NCBI GenBank assembly: GCA_002269645.1
Contig: NIVC01000544.1
Span: 434,001 to 498,000, forward strand
DNA length: 64,000 bases
Origin: Macrostomum lignano
Taxonomy: Eukaryota
Direction of reading: 5' to 3'
A program made the position numbers and the translations under genes. Below are positions 13,901 to 25,845 of the stretch, piece by piece. The number at the start of each line of letters is the position of its first letter. Position 1 is the stretch's first letter. The notes beneath the pieces were generated by a model, which saw only the letters and a list, made by a program, of their open reading frames with translations, did no database searches and had not been told where the DNA came from.

Positions 13901-16900
13901 ACCCTATTCTCCAATCCAATGTCCACCCCAAACACAGGCGATATTGACGAAGTATGCGACAACAAAACCTTATTCTGCCGCAGCAAGCGAGCCGCATGCC
14001 AGAAGCTGCGAGACACTGAAGCAGATTTCAGAAAATGCCAATGCCCCGAAGGTCACGTGGCAGTTTACCAGCCCTGGCTGAAGTACTACGAGTGCTGTAA
14101 GAGTTTGTTTATTCTAAGCTATCCAATACAGAGTAATTAATGACATGCCAGCTTGATAATGAGCTCTGCCTTTTTCATTTCATTTTATACCTTGTCGAAT
14201 GACCTTTTTAACTGTCCCTTTCACCGTATAAAGTTGGCGTCACTGCCACCCTTAAAGTGACGTCACTGACATCCTTAAAGTGACGTTACTGACATCCTTA
14301 AAATGACGTCACTGACACCCTTAACGTGACGTAACTGACACCCTTAACGTGATGTCACTGACACCCTTAACGTGACGTCACTGACACCCTTAACGTGACG
14401 TCACTGACACCCTTAACGTGACGTCACTGACACGATTAAAGTGACGTCACTAAGAATCTTAAAGTGACGTCACTGACACCCTTAAAGTTGGCGTCACTGA
14501 CACTTCTAAAGCGCAACCCTTACACCCAAAACGCATGAAAGTTGATCTGAAATGCATTCTAATATTTTAACCACGTATTAGTATTAGACTTTATTACCTG
14601 TTTGTAGTTCAACACCCTTTACAATGAACAATTTTTGCCCCCCACCGCAAAAAATCTTGTTTCAGTCGAAGTGCTCAAAAAAGAGTTGGACCGGTGCAAA
14701 GAATGCGCAGATTCAGATCCTTACGGCACCTGTTATTCCCCTAGCAACTACAGCAGGCCAGGATGTCTGTGTCCAAAACAGCTGTCCACTCCCGCGGGCA
14801 AAGGAGCAAAGCGGTGCTCCCGGCACCACGGTAAGAAAAATAAAGAGACTTTATTTTCGTGTTTCCTGATGAATTAAAAGATCTTTGATTCCTCTTTTTC
14901 TCCTTATTAAAAAATCGAAGACAGCAAAAATGGCAAAAATTGCCCCCAGGCTGCCCTAAATCTTGTCCAGTTCGTGTTTCTTCAAGTCAACAGTCTCATT
15001 AGTCTTTGTTTGGCTGAATAAAGAAAGCTATTTCCTGAGTTGTCTTTTTCTCATATTCTTCTATTAAAATTCTTAGAATGAAGCAGGAAAAGAGATGGAT
15101 AAACATTTTTGCGAAACAAAACATATCTTTGCGTGTTGACGAGACCAGAAATTTATAGAAAAATTTCTAATTAGTAATGTCACCTGCAAGGGCTGCAAAG
15201 ATGATGGATCACCTCGTTAACAGAAATGATACATCACTGTCTAACCGGGTAGGTAAAACTCGACCGGCCCTCGACCAGGGCAGGGAATTCGTGGACACCC
15301 CAGCTGGTTCGATTCCGTGCGCGACCACCTTCATTTGAGGCTTGCGTGCACGATAGTTGCCCATGTGGCTTGTCGTGCGGTTCGCACCCATGAGGGCCAA
15401 CCCCCCAAGGCACAAAGACTGTACATGCCTGACGATTAGAAAGTCAGGGCCGGTGTACACCCTGTGTGAGCGTGTGCATGAGTGCCGTTCCTGCGTACAG
15501 TATTAGCGCGCTTGAATGTGCTCAGGAGTCAGCGGGAATGGGCAGAGTTGCCTCAGCGCTGGTTGTGGGACGATGTCGTCGAAGGCCTCCAGAAAGTTGC
15601 ATAAATATTATTTATGACAAAATCAACGCTTTAAAATCATTTAGAACAATTTCTGCCTATTTTCAAGGGCTACAGCTCCCGTGCCCTGTACTCGAATCAA
15701 ATGCGGTTTTGGACAGAAAAGTTACTGATGTATTTCGGTATGCTGTAAAACAACAACAACAACGCAATACTGACGCTGTCAATTAGTTCTTAGAAAGCAC
15801 CAGCATCGCAGGGTGCGCCTAGGATCCTGGACGTAAGCGTAGTCGGTGCTTCCGACCCAATCCGGTCGCGCACCCTTTACACCGGCTGTAGGCAGTACGA
15901 CTCGGCGGTTGTAAAGCCTGCCAGCTGGAGTCGACTAAAACGCAACACGTCGCTTGAACTTGCTGTTCGAAAGAGTCTGCCAGCGTCTAGGTCCCGACAC
16001 CAAGTCTCGCAGAACGATAGGCGTTCTGTTAGATTAGAAGAAAAAACAACGCCAGTCGAGACGAGAAGAGAAGTCAAACGGGTTTATGCTCCATCCACTA
16101 TTTAGCAATCCAATCAAGTCGGTGGTCAGTGCGGTGCTATATTTTCTCTCTATGCAAGCGTGTAAATTTCCAGACTGACTGATTTTGTCTAGCGCAAAAG
16201 ACTGGGTGGAGTCAGAGAAAAAAGAAGAACAACTAGGGAAAGGAGAGAGAAATCAAATAACCAGAGAGTCGTCAACCCTCAACGGGTCTAACGCCCGCCT
16301 CGAGATGCAATAATCTGATTAATGACTTTCGGCTTCTGTGGGTAGGAGTGCGAAAAAAATGTTTGACTCCATACTCGCTTTTTGTCGCACAAGTCTCCCT
16401 GGTTCTTTTTTCCTGCTTCTACAGAGAAGTCGCTTTGTAAGGCAACGAAACCTTTGAAATTGTAGCCTATGAATTGGAGTTTGAGTTGGTTGAGATGGAC
16501 TGGCTGCTTCATTTTTTGTAGAAAATGACAGTTTTGCTCAGTTTAGCTCACTCCTGAGTGTTGCTCTCTTTATCCGACTTCCGTATCGGGTTAGTTGGCG
16601 CCCGTCTTTAATGGGTGCCATCCTGACGTCCAATTCCTGAGTTCCTTGATAAATGACTACTGACTCTCGAGATGTACCCCAAACTTTTACCTTAGCGCAG
16701 TCAAAAAAAGTGTTTTTGAGACACTCGTCAAAGCTCTGCATCAGGGACTACTCAATTCTCGGGACGGGAAACGGCCAAATCATGCAGAAAAAAGATGGAG
16801 GCCGATTTTCTCTGTTCTCTGCTGATCTTATGTTTTATCGCAAGAGCTTCAGCTTTTCACTATGTACACAAAATTTATCCCTCTTCAACTTCCTGTAGCC

Positions 16901-19900
16901 TGTTTCTACTCAAATAATTTCGGATAAATGCTAGGAGACATTTTATACAGTACCCCTTTAATACACAAACTCGATGCTTGATAAGCCAAGTGCATCACCC
17001 ACGCGAAATAAACTGTCTCCATAGTAACCGTCAGCTGCGGCAATGGCCAAATGGAGGTGACGTTCGATCCTGGCTACCCGAAGCCGCCCTACAACGAGTT
17101 GCTAAGCAGACTGCGAAGTGGCGACTCCATTGCCTACATTGACGGCTACCGTCAGGGGCCAGAGGCCTCCGTATGCCAACTTCGTGAAGCCAGCGGAGGG
17201 AAATACAAAGCTGCACTGCGACTAGACTCAGACACTGCCTGCGGCGGTCGAGCTGTCACCGTTACTCGACAGGTGAGTATTTGAAGTATAGCCGGTTGAG
17301 CTCAGGAGCAAGCGGGAGAATCAAGCGATTGAAGAGTTGCTTTTCATTGTCGATAGCGTAAAATAGAGTTCTGTGCTCAAGGCTCAGCGGATACAAAAGT
17401 ACAACTGCTTTCTGTGGGTCGACCGTTGCCTTAAATTACAGCAGCGCAATAAGTCAGCTAACTAGCGCACAATATTATATTTTCTGGTCACTTCATACAG
17501 AGCCACAAAGCGAACCAGAAGGTGCTGAAAGCCACACTTCGGGTGCTGTGGAACCGGAACTTCTACACCTATCCGGACATTGTTGTGGGCCTCATGTGCA
17601 CAGTGACTGCCCAGCAACTCGGCTATAACTACTCCATTGATTCAAAGATTAAATCCAGGTAAGGGAGTTCAAAAACTTCGAGAGAATTTTTGTTTCCACT
17701 TCACCTTACATTACTGAAGACATATTTATCCAAATTTAAATTTAAATATATCCCAGACTTACCCGCTAAACACCATTAACACCCCTAGATCCGGTGAATT
17801 TTAAACTGGCGCCTCCGTTTCCTTAAAAATGAGACTGTGTCTAGGTTCCACTAGTCAAGGGGTCATAGCCCAGTCGTCTAGCGCGGCGCTCTGATGTGCC
17901 AGCGGCCCAGGCTCGATTCCAAGTGCAGTCGCATTAATTTGGGGCTAAATTGGAACCTCAGCTTGGCTCTGCTCGTGCAATTAACGCCCAGCTTGAGGGC
18001 CAACCCCCAAGGCACAGTGAAGTGTACATGTCTAACGATAAATAAAGTTAGGGCCGCTGTACACTCCTGTGTGAGTGTGTGCCAGTTTGTATGACTGCGT
18101 ACGTATCCGCGCGCTTGTGTGCCTGCTCAGGGGAGTCGGCGGAATGGGCGGCAAATGTCTCTCGCCGGTTGTGTGACAATGCCGTTTAAAGTGCGCCAGG
18201 GTGCACACAGCCCCTGCCTCTAATTAAAGAAGGGATACTGAAAATTAGCACTTCAGATTTTCCGAAACTGTCTATTTTCCTACAAAGAAAGTGGCTCAAA
18301 CTAGTTTCTTTCACCGAATTTCTACTCTGAAAGCGCGTTTATTCCGGTTTCAGAACAGGTCAACAGAATCCGTCTGGTTGGGACCTGCCGCCAAAGGTTA
18401 TATCCGGCCTGGCTCTCTGGCTTCGAGTATTAAACAGGTCCGGATTTTCAGTTAGCGAAATTGAAGAGGAGGACCCAATCCAGCTCGAAATTCTCCTCCG
18501 AGATACCACTGGTGAGAGAACTTTATTATTATTCTGTGGTTCTTAGATCTTCGAACCTTTAATTAGGCGGGTCAATCGTGAGACAGACAGGATGCTGTTT
18601 GAGATCGGCGTTGCTATGCATTTGGCCTTAGCTATGTGTTCCGGAATCTAAGTATAGGCTTGGTTAGCATGCTTAGCAATTTGGCAGAACTTCCTGTGTA
18701 GTTGGGCTGAAGTTTCAGCCTTCCCGTGTATTCATTTACCTGGGCCTTCAATTTACTTATGGAGACCTCAGAAAGCTTTTATATGCGTGCACGAGCATGT
18801 ACGCTGTATATGATTTATAACAACCGGGTCAAATGTTTCGTCACATGCTATTTAGAAACTATTCAGAGTGCGTGTGTGCAATTATCTTATACTTAGACGC
18901 AACAAAACGAAGAAATATATAACAGGACTAACATCTATTGTACATTTAAGGGCTCAGGGACTATATAAAGAGCACACCTAGCTGCAAATGCAGTCAAAAA
19001 GGGACTGCTGTAGCCAAACAAAAATTGCCCATATCTATTTAAAAAAACTTCACGATCACTGATTTTATCCTACGAATAGAAACCAACCAGAGACAGTCAA
19101 TGTCGTCGAGTTAAACGCCGAGTTAATCTACTCTGAAATTAAACGCCCCAGAAAATATACTCTGAAAGCATTCATTTTACAGCTGGGTGACTTGTTTTGA
19201 GAAATGTCTGGCTCAAAGACACAAATTGTTCCGAGTAGCTCGAGAATCGAACGCCCCGACCTTTCATTAGTGCGTCCGACGCTAGGCTAATACTAGGCTA
19301 CAACTAAGCATCAATAAAACGTCCAGGAACATTGTCTAGAAAGTGTCCTGGAACTTTACCTATAAAATCTCAGACTGGATAGAAGTAGACTATATGAGAG
19401 TCAGCTATCGAACATTAAGTGCATGATAACTGGGCCATCGAAAGGGCTAATTTGATCAACCCATCGGGGGGCCATGGCTAGTCCACGTTTACTAAATTTT
19501 TTAGCTAAACAACAATCCGGCAAATTTCAGACGGCTACACAAGGCTAATGGTGAAACAATGTACTGTTGCGGCAGCGCCCAGGACTAAAAGCACCGGATC
19601 TACAAAGCTGATCGACTGCGGAGGGTGAGTCAAACTGTTAAAGTTGAAGGAGGACTATTGTATTTGAGTACCCCTAAATTGACTCAATACCGGGATATTT
19701 TCATATGCTAATTCATCACCAAAACAAAATGAGAGAGTGATAGTGCATCATGCGAGCTAGAAGCCAACATCAAATTTTTAGGTAATGATAAATGTTCATG
19801 CGGATCACATCAAAGAATTGCTACAAACCCGAAGAGATTTAGTCCTATTTAACTTTGATGTCTGTGCTTTAGTGCCAACATGAAATGATCGGATCCTGCA

Positions 19901-22900
19901 ATATGCTGATTTCTCTTTGGAACTTTTATAGTAGATTCGCATGCAAATCTCCGAGCTTTGCATTTTAATCCTCTTCGTGCAATAAAAATGAGTTCAACAT
20001 GCGTAGCTATCATTTTTGAGCGGGGTTGGTACGAGCTATATCCGGGATCTGTGTGAGAGTGTGCCTGCATACAGTATCCGGGATCTGTGTGATAGTGTGC
20101 CTGCATACAGTATCCAGGATCTGTGTGAGAGTGTGCCTGTATACAGTAATCCGGGATCTGTGTGAGAGTGTGCCTGTATACAGTATCCAGGATCTGTGTG
20201 AGAGTGTGCCTGTATACAGTAATCCGGGATCTGTGTGAGAGTGTGCCTGTATACAGTATCCAGGATCTGTGTGAGAGTGTGCCTGCATACAGTATCCAGG
20301 ATCTGTGTGAGAGTGTGCCTGTATACAGTATCCAGGATCTGTGTGAGAGTGTGCCTGCATACAGTATCCGAGATCTGTGTGAGAGTGTGCCTGCATACAG
20401 TATCCGGGATCTGTGTGAGAGTGTGCCTGTATACAGTATCCAGGATCTGTGTGAGAGTGTGCCTGTATACAGTATCCGGGATCTGTGTGAGAGTGTGCCT
20501 GCATACAGTATCCGGGATCTGTGTGAGAGTGTGCCTGTATACAGTATCCAGGATCTGTGTGAGAGTGTGCCTGCATACAGTATCCAGGATCTGTGTGAGA
20601 GTGTGCCTGCATACAGTATCCGGGATCTGTGTGAGAGTGTGCCTGTATACAGTATCCGGGATCTGTGTGAGAGTGTGCCTGCATACAGTATCCGGGATCT
20701 GCGTGAGCATGAGTATTTTCCTCCTCCTATGACTAGTTTTCAGTCGTGACCTGAAATTAGCCCACGTGAATTTAAAAAACTAAAGTCATTTTAAACAAAA
20801 TCGCAATCATTTTGAAACAAGAAGCAAATTAGCTGGCTGACTGCGCGGACATTGAAATTAGATTCCTGGATGATATTATATCCCTACTTAACCAAATGGT
20901 TGCTTTGTAGCAATTTTGTCAAGTATTTTTATTAAAAAAATCTATTCCCCCATTAAGAGCTATTCCGCTCGATTGCGGAGCAAAATACCGCATCAGATAC
21001 GTTCAATTTTGCTAGTTTTTTGATAGCTCCTATGCAAGCGGGCCTGGTGAAACTTGAGCATATGCGGCTGGCTGAGCATAGGGCTGTAGGGCTCCTTCAT
21101 CTCGCTGCACTGGGCTCTGGCAGCGGGAGAATACGAAGGTACCCCAGGAGCGGGCTAAGGCAGTACCGCGGTCTATTTGCCAACGGAAATTGCCAGAAAA
21201 ATGCCCAATGCTACCTACAGGACTGCAGTGTATATATTTATATATACTTACTTTCGTCGCAGAATTTTCCTCCCTGTAGATTTGCTCTCGTAATCCCATT
21301 GTCTGCAATTTATAGTTCAGCGTAGCAATTATATTTTTTTCAAAAATCCACCCGTATAAACCGTAGCTCATGTCGAACTTTTTCTGGGAATGGTTAAACT
21401 TTTTATAGATAATTATAGTTCTATAGGGTATAAAGCATTTGGCCAAAACTTTCTTAAGTAGAAAGACCAATAGAAATTGCCTTTCCGCAATTGACATCTC
21501 AAATTTATCTTTATTTTGTTGCGCTGTTGCATATTCAAGAAACCTTAATCTGATCAACTCGAAAATACAGAAATATTCGAACAAAAAAACGAATGACAGT
21601 TGCTTCGCCACCCGGGGGGACAGGGGAACACGTCCCACCCCTTAGTAAAAGCTATGGGGGGGACGTGCCAATCCTTTGTCTCCCTTACCCCACCTTGTGA
21701 CCCGTTGTAAAAATCAATAATTTTACTTCAGGGCACCAAAATATAGCAAAAATGAGTGCCTGTGGCGCCAAAATGTGTCTGCGGAGCCAAAATGTGTCTG
21801 CGGCGCCAAACTGAGTGCCTGCGGCGCTAAAATGAGTGCCTATGGCGCCAAAATGAGTGCCTGCGACGCTAAAATGAGTGCCTATGGCGCCAAAATGAGT
21901 GCCTGCGACGCTAAAATGAGTGCCTGTGGCGCCAAAATGAGTGCCTGCGGCGCTAAAATGAGTGCCTATGGCGCCAAAATGAGTGCCTGCGACGCTAAAA
22001 TGAGTGCCTGTGGCGCCAAAATGAGTGCCTGCGGCGCTAAAATGAGTGCCTATGGCGCCAAAATGAGTGCCTGCGACGCTAAAATGAGTGCCTGTGGCGC
22101 CAAAATGAGTGCCTATGGCGCCAAAATGAGTGCCTGCGGCGCTAAAATGAGTGCCTATGGCGCCAAAATGAGTGGCTGTGGCGCTAAAATGAGTGCCTGT
22201 GGCGCCAAAATGAGTGCCTGCGGCGCTAAAATGAGTGCCTATGGCGCCAAAAAATGAGTGCCTATGGCGCCAAAATGAGTGCCTGTGGCGCTAAAATGAG
22301 TGCCTGTGGCGCCAAAATGAGTGCCTATGGCGCCAAAAAATGAGTGCCTATGGCGCCAAAATGAGTGCCTGTGGCGCTAAAATGAGTGCCTGCGACGCTA
22401 AAATGAGTGCCTGTGGCGCCAAAATGAGTGCCTGCGGCGCTAAAATGAGTGCCTATGGCGCCAAAAAATGAGTGCCTGCGGCGCTAAAATGAGTGCCTAT
22501 GGCGCCAAAATGAGTGTCTGCGGCGCCAAAAGTAGGTGCCTGCGGCGCTAAAATGAGTACCTATGGCGCCAAAATGAGTGCCTGTGGCGCTAAAATGAGT
22601 GCCTGTGGCGCCAAAATGAGTGCCTGTGCTTGTGCATTTTTAAAAAGCTTGTGCTAAATATCAAATAGCATATCAAATATCAAATAGCAAGTTAAGCAGA
22701 TTTAGAAATGGTTAGTCGGTGGCCTGCGTCATTTCTTTTTATAGCATGCAGCTAACATATAAGAGCGCCTTGAGTGTGGTATCCTACCAATCATGATGAA
22801 GCCTAAAAACACTACCTCACAAACATCCATCGCAGATCCGCAGTACCAAAGTCCGGTTTCAATGCGAGCTTTCAAAGTCCCCGCCAGGGCACAGGTTTGC

Positions 22901-24119
22901 ATCTGCAGCAGACAGGCAGTTTTCCAGCTTTTCGTCTCGGTGGCTCTTTGCCGACCGTGTACTTTGCGTGCACTGTTCGGATTTGCCAGGAATCGGAGGC
23001 GATTTTCTGCGATCCGGTGGGTTTTACCTGTGGTTTGGTTCCGGCCTTGGGTATCCATGGCGGCTGACTCATATATATAGATATATATCCGTGACTCTAT
23101 AGCCTATACTCATTGGCTAAGCACCTAATATAAAAACACGCGCAACTCACGTGTACATGTATGCATACTTCCGATTCCAGAAAACTGCTTGCAAACCGGA
23201 AAAAATGACCAAACGTAGTCCCGACTTTGGTGTCAGAGAACTTGACGAAGAAATCCGTTTGGTAGTCATCGCAAAGCATCAAGCGAAGCGGTCGGAAATC
23301 TGTAAGAATTGCCTACTGCAGATTGTGAACTGGTTGAGGATTGGGTCTGGGCTTCCATTCCGTAGGAGACCACAGGAATTTAGACTTTGAAAGTCAACCC
23401 CCTGGGCGCAGAGTGTACTAGATAGACACTGCTTAGCGTAGCTCGCAGTTGGTTAAACTTCGAACTGCATGTGTTGAGCATTACAATATTGTGTGAATAA
23501 TCTTTCAGCCGACGCGGTGTGCAAATACAGCATGTGCCTCAGCACTAGCCAGGTGATCATCATCATTCTAATCCTGCTAGTGCTGCTAGCCCTACTGAGC
23601 GGCCTAATCATAGTAGTATATCGCAGACGGATCATCATGTCGGCGGCGCGACGCCTTCGAATGAGCGGATCGGCTGGCGCCAACGCTGGCAACGACGAGG
23701 ACACGCCGATGCAGACGCCAATTGATGCTATCGGCAAGGGTCCGCCAACCTGCCTGCACCATGGCAACCAGCAGGCGGGCTATCATCAGCACTGCGGACA
23801 TCCGGGCGGCTATCGTCAGCAGCAGCACTGCACCACCTTGCCCAGGATTCCGTTGTACAGCGCTGGCGGATGCGGCAATGCCACCCCAGCTGACACGACG
23901 CTCGATAGCGGTCTGGGCAACTCAGTCAGGGCCTACGCTTCCATGACACTCGACCGGAACGGGGCAGCGGGATCGGGGGCGAAGTATCGATATTTAGATC
24001 GCGGCATGGTTGGAGGCTACGTTAACGGAGCCCGGAGAGCCAGCAGCAGTCGACCAGACGTTTGCACCTGCGACAGGTCGGCGCACAGTTCGTACTCAAT
24101 CACGTCGTCACAGGTGTAA
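7959..24119 (+). CDS. Zona pellucida (ZP) domain type I membrane protein with N-terminal EGF/EB-like Cys-rich modules (spliced, roughly 900 aa)
   Basis: Phase-compatible GT-AG exons: 7959-8274 (signal peptide MVICIVLFLQLARVVA), 9899-10027, 10869-11023 (join to the previous exon needs one small unresolved exon), 13627-13760, 13938-14096, 14666-14830, 17025-17272 (ZP-N start VTVSCGNGQMEVTF), 17501-17658, 18354-18511, 19531-19624 (VKQC..LIDCG), 22836-23016 (FPAFRLGGSLPTVYFACTVRIC, ZP-C motif), 23181-23301 (basic site TKRS), 23509-24119 (TM helix IIIILILLVLLALLSGLIIVVY-RRR, cytoplasmic tail, TAA). Confidence 0.85.
8403..8940. repeat. 20-bp minisatellite (TGTAGAATTTGTTAATTCGT)
   Basis: Tandem units in ZP intron 1. 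Confidence 0.95.
9464..9752 (+). mobile_element. tRNA-derived SINE, family A, copy a (internally deleted)
   Basis: tRNA-like head GGGCCGCAGCAGCTCAGCGATAAACGCGTCTGACT; central block GAAGGCCAACCCCCCAAAGCAC...TACACCCTGTGTGAGCGTGTG...CTCAGGAGTCAGCGGAATGG shared with copies b-d. Confidence 0.65.
10095..10495. repeat. 10-14-bp variable minisatellite (GTGTGATCTCT)
   Basis: Tandem units visible directly. Confidence 0.9.
11570..12910. repeat. 61-bp satellite, about 22 copies
   Basis: Unit GGAATCGTCCATCCAAGATTGACTATAGGACCCCTGCAGCTTCCTCAATCAGTCATGTCAT; shifts one base per 60-nt line; no spacers. Confidence 0.95.
14235..14505. repeat. 23-bp minisatellite with a palindromic GTGACGTCAC core
   Basis: Unit GTGACGTCACTGACACCCTTAAC; seven perfect TGACGTCA counted by eye. 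Confidence 0.9.
15250..15600 (+). mobile_element. tRNA-derived SINE, family A, copy b
   Basis: B-box GGTTCGATTCC near 15308, then the shared central block GAGGGCCAACCCCCCAAGGCAC...GGGCCGGTGTACACCCTGTGTGAG...CTCAGGAGTCAGCGGGAATGGG. Confidence 0.65.
17859..18223 (+). mobile_element. tRNA-derived SINE, family A, copy c (near full length)
   Basis: A-box-like TAGCCCAGTCGTCTAGCGC, B-box GGCTCGATTCC, shared central block; aligns along its length with 29800-30141. Confidence 0.75.
19172..19304 (-). mobile_element. CORE-type tRNA-derived SINE, 3'-truncated copy
   Basis: Minus strand begins GTTGTAGCCTAGT, has B-box GTTCGATTC and a TTGTGTCTTTGAGCCAGAC...CTGTAAAATG CORE-like block; same family as 24150-24432. 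Confidence 0.65.
20040..20705. repeat. 36-bp minisatellite (GGATCTGTGTGAGAGTGTGCCTGYATACAGTATCCR)
   Basis: 12-aa periodic spurious ORFs in several frames on both strands. Confidence 0.95.
21745..22625. repeat. 21-bp minisatellite (GGCGCYAAAATGAGTGCCTRY)
   Basis: 7-aa periodic MSACGAK ORF; occasional AA insertions break the frame. Confidence 0.95.
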
Positions 24120-24149
24120 CGTTAGAGTTTTTTTAATTTTAATAGTAAT

Positions 24150-24432
24150 TGCTTAAACCTGCCCTAATGGGCAGATGTTCAACCGACAGCTCAGCTGCTG
24201 CTATTGCACGGCGCATCTGAAGGCTGCGTACGGCTGTTCAGTCCAAGGAATGGAGGTGGGGTCGCCACACACACCATCAATAGCCCCAGCAATATTGGTG
24301 CCCATTTTACAACTAGGTGAACTGAAGCAATGCAGAGTAAATGTCTTGCTCAAGGACACAATTTGTTCCGGGTGAATCCAGAACCAAACCCCCGACCTTC
24401 CAGTCGAGAGTCTGGGACCACTAGGCTACAAC
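24150..24432 (-). mobile_element. CORE-type (MIR-like) tRNA-derived SINE, interrupted at its 5' end by a hAT
   Basis: Minus strand: A-box TAGCCTAGTGG, then TTGTGTCCTTGAGCAAGACATTTACTCTGCATTGCTTCAGT...TGTAAAATGGG, matching the MIR CORE pattern TGTGACCTTGGGCAAG...TGTAAAATGGG. Confidence 0.7.
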
Positions 24433-25845
24433 TAGGGGGCGACCCAGTCCCGGGCCCGGGCCCGAAAAGTCGGGAATCCCGACCAAAATCGTGGCCCGAC
24501 CCGGGCCCGGGCCCGACCCTAAAAAAGTCGGGAAATCGGGACAAGTCTTTTTTCCCTAAAGGCACAGTCTAACCGCGTGCAAATAAGAATAAAATTATTT
24601 TTATTCACAGCACAGCACAACACTCAGTTAAGCATTGCATCAGCACTCAAGACTCAAGCACTGCACGACTGCAGTAATAGTAATAGATGATATGATGTGA
24701 AGTAGCAATATCATTGATTCGTAGTAGGCTCTAAGCGTGAGCGTCTGTGACCGTGAGCGTCAGCCACAGCCAGTTTCCACTTTCCAGGAAGATCGGATTT
24801 TTTCCAGGAAGATAAAATTAAAACATAGTTGATGCAATATTGATTCCACTTTACACGCTGCAGGCTGCAGCCTAAAAGCAAAAATATGATTTTTTAAAAA
24901 GTTGATTTGTCATTTTTAAGCTTTTGTAAATAACATTTCCTATTTACGTTCCAAGAAGTACCTATTAAGGGCCAAGGCTACCATTTTTCCAAGAAGTTTG
25001 CTATCTATCAGAGTTTGTAATCGTGTTCATATTTGTATTGTATTCGTAGGTAGTTGTAGTTGTAGACTCAGTATCGTATTCGGAATCATATTCGTTTAGG
25101 TAGGTAGGTGAGCAGGTAGGCAGGTATCAGCTAATTACTTGTATTTCCATTGTCTGTTTGCCTGTTCTGTTGAGACAGTTGAGTGTTGTGTTGTGTTGTC
25201 ACTTCACTTGTGTTCTGTTCTGTTGTCTTGTCTTGTTGTCTTACTGAATACTGACTGTGTACATGGCTCTTTACATTGAAGCTATGTAAAGAAACTAAAA
25301 ATTCAAATAAAAGAATCAATCAATTGATTTGGTTCTTACTTCCTTACTGCTTCCAATGCCAAGTGCCTTACACTTAATGCTTCAGCTTTTCTTCTTTTTG
25401 CTTACTGCCACTGCCAGTGCCAGCCGCACTACCTCAGTGCCTGCTTGCCTACCTCACTGCCTGTTAAGTGTTAGTGTCACTGTCACTGGCACACACACAG
25501 TACTTGTGCCACACAGTGACATTGAATTTGAACTATTGAGTATATTGATATTTGAGTATTAAGTCTTTTAATGTAACTCTTATCTATTCTGAAGTCTTAA
25601 CTAATGTATTAAATAAAAATAATATTTATTATATATTTAATATAATATATTATATTTATATATTATTATATATTTCATATATTTATATATTATAATATAT
25701 TTAATGTTTATCATATATTTATTATACATTTAATATATTATATTAGATTTAATATATTAATATATTTATTATATATTTAATAGTAATCCGCATATGCTAA
25801 AAGTATTAAGATTTATTATGATTTTTTTCCAATTATTGAGCTGTC

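Noticed and set aside
15787-16110. Open frames in a ZP intron as extra exons
   Set aside because: Exon 14830 joins 17025 in phase without them and no domain motif was recognised.
21020-21325. Cys-containing ORF as a ZP-C exon
   Set aside because: The real ZP-C motif is at 22836-23016 and joins 19624 in phase; this ORF has no compatible splice sites.
20010-22257. Long periodic ORFs (QAHSHTDPGYC, MSACGAK) as repeat proteins
   Set aside because: They arise from 36-bp and 21-bp minisatellites inside ZP introns, are open in several frames or broken by small indels, and lack splice support.
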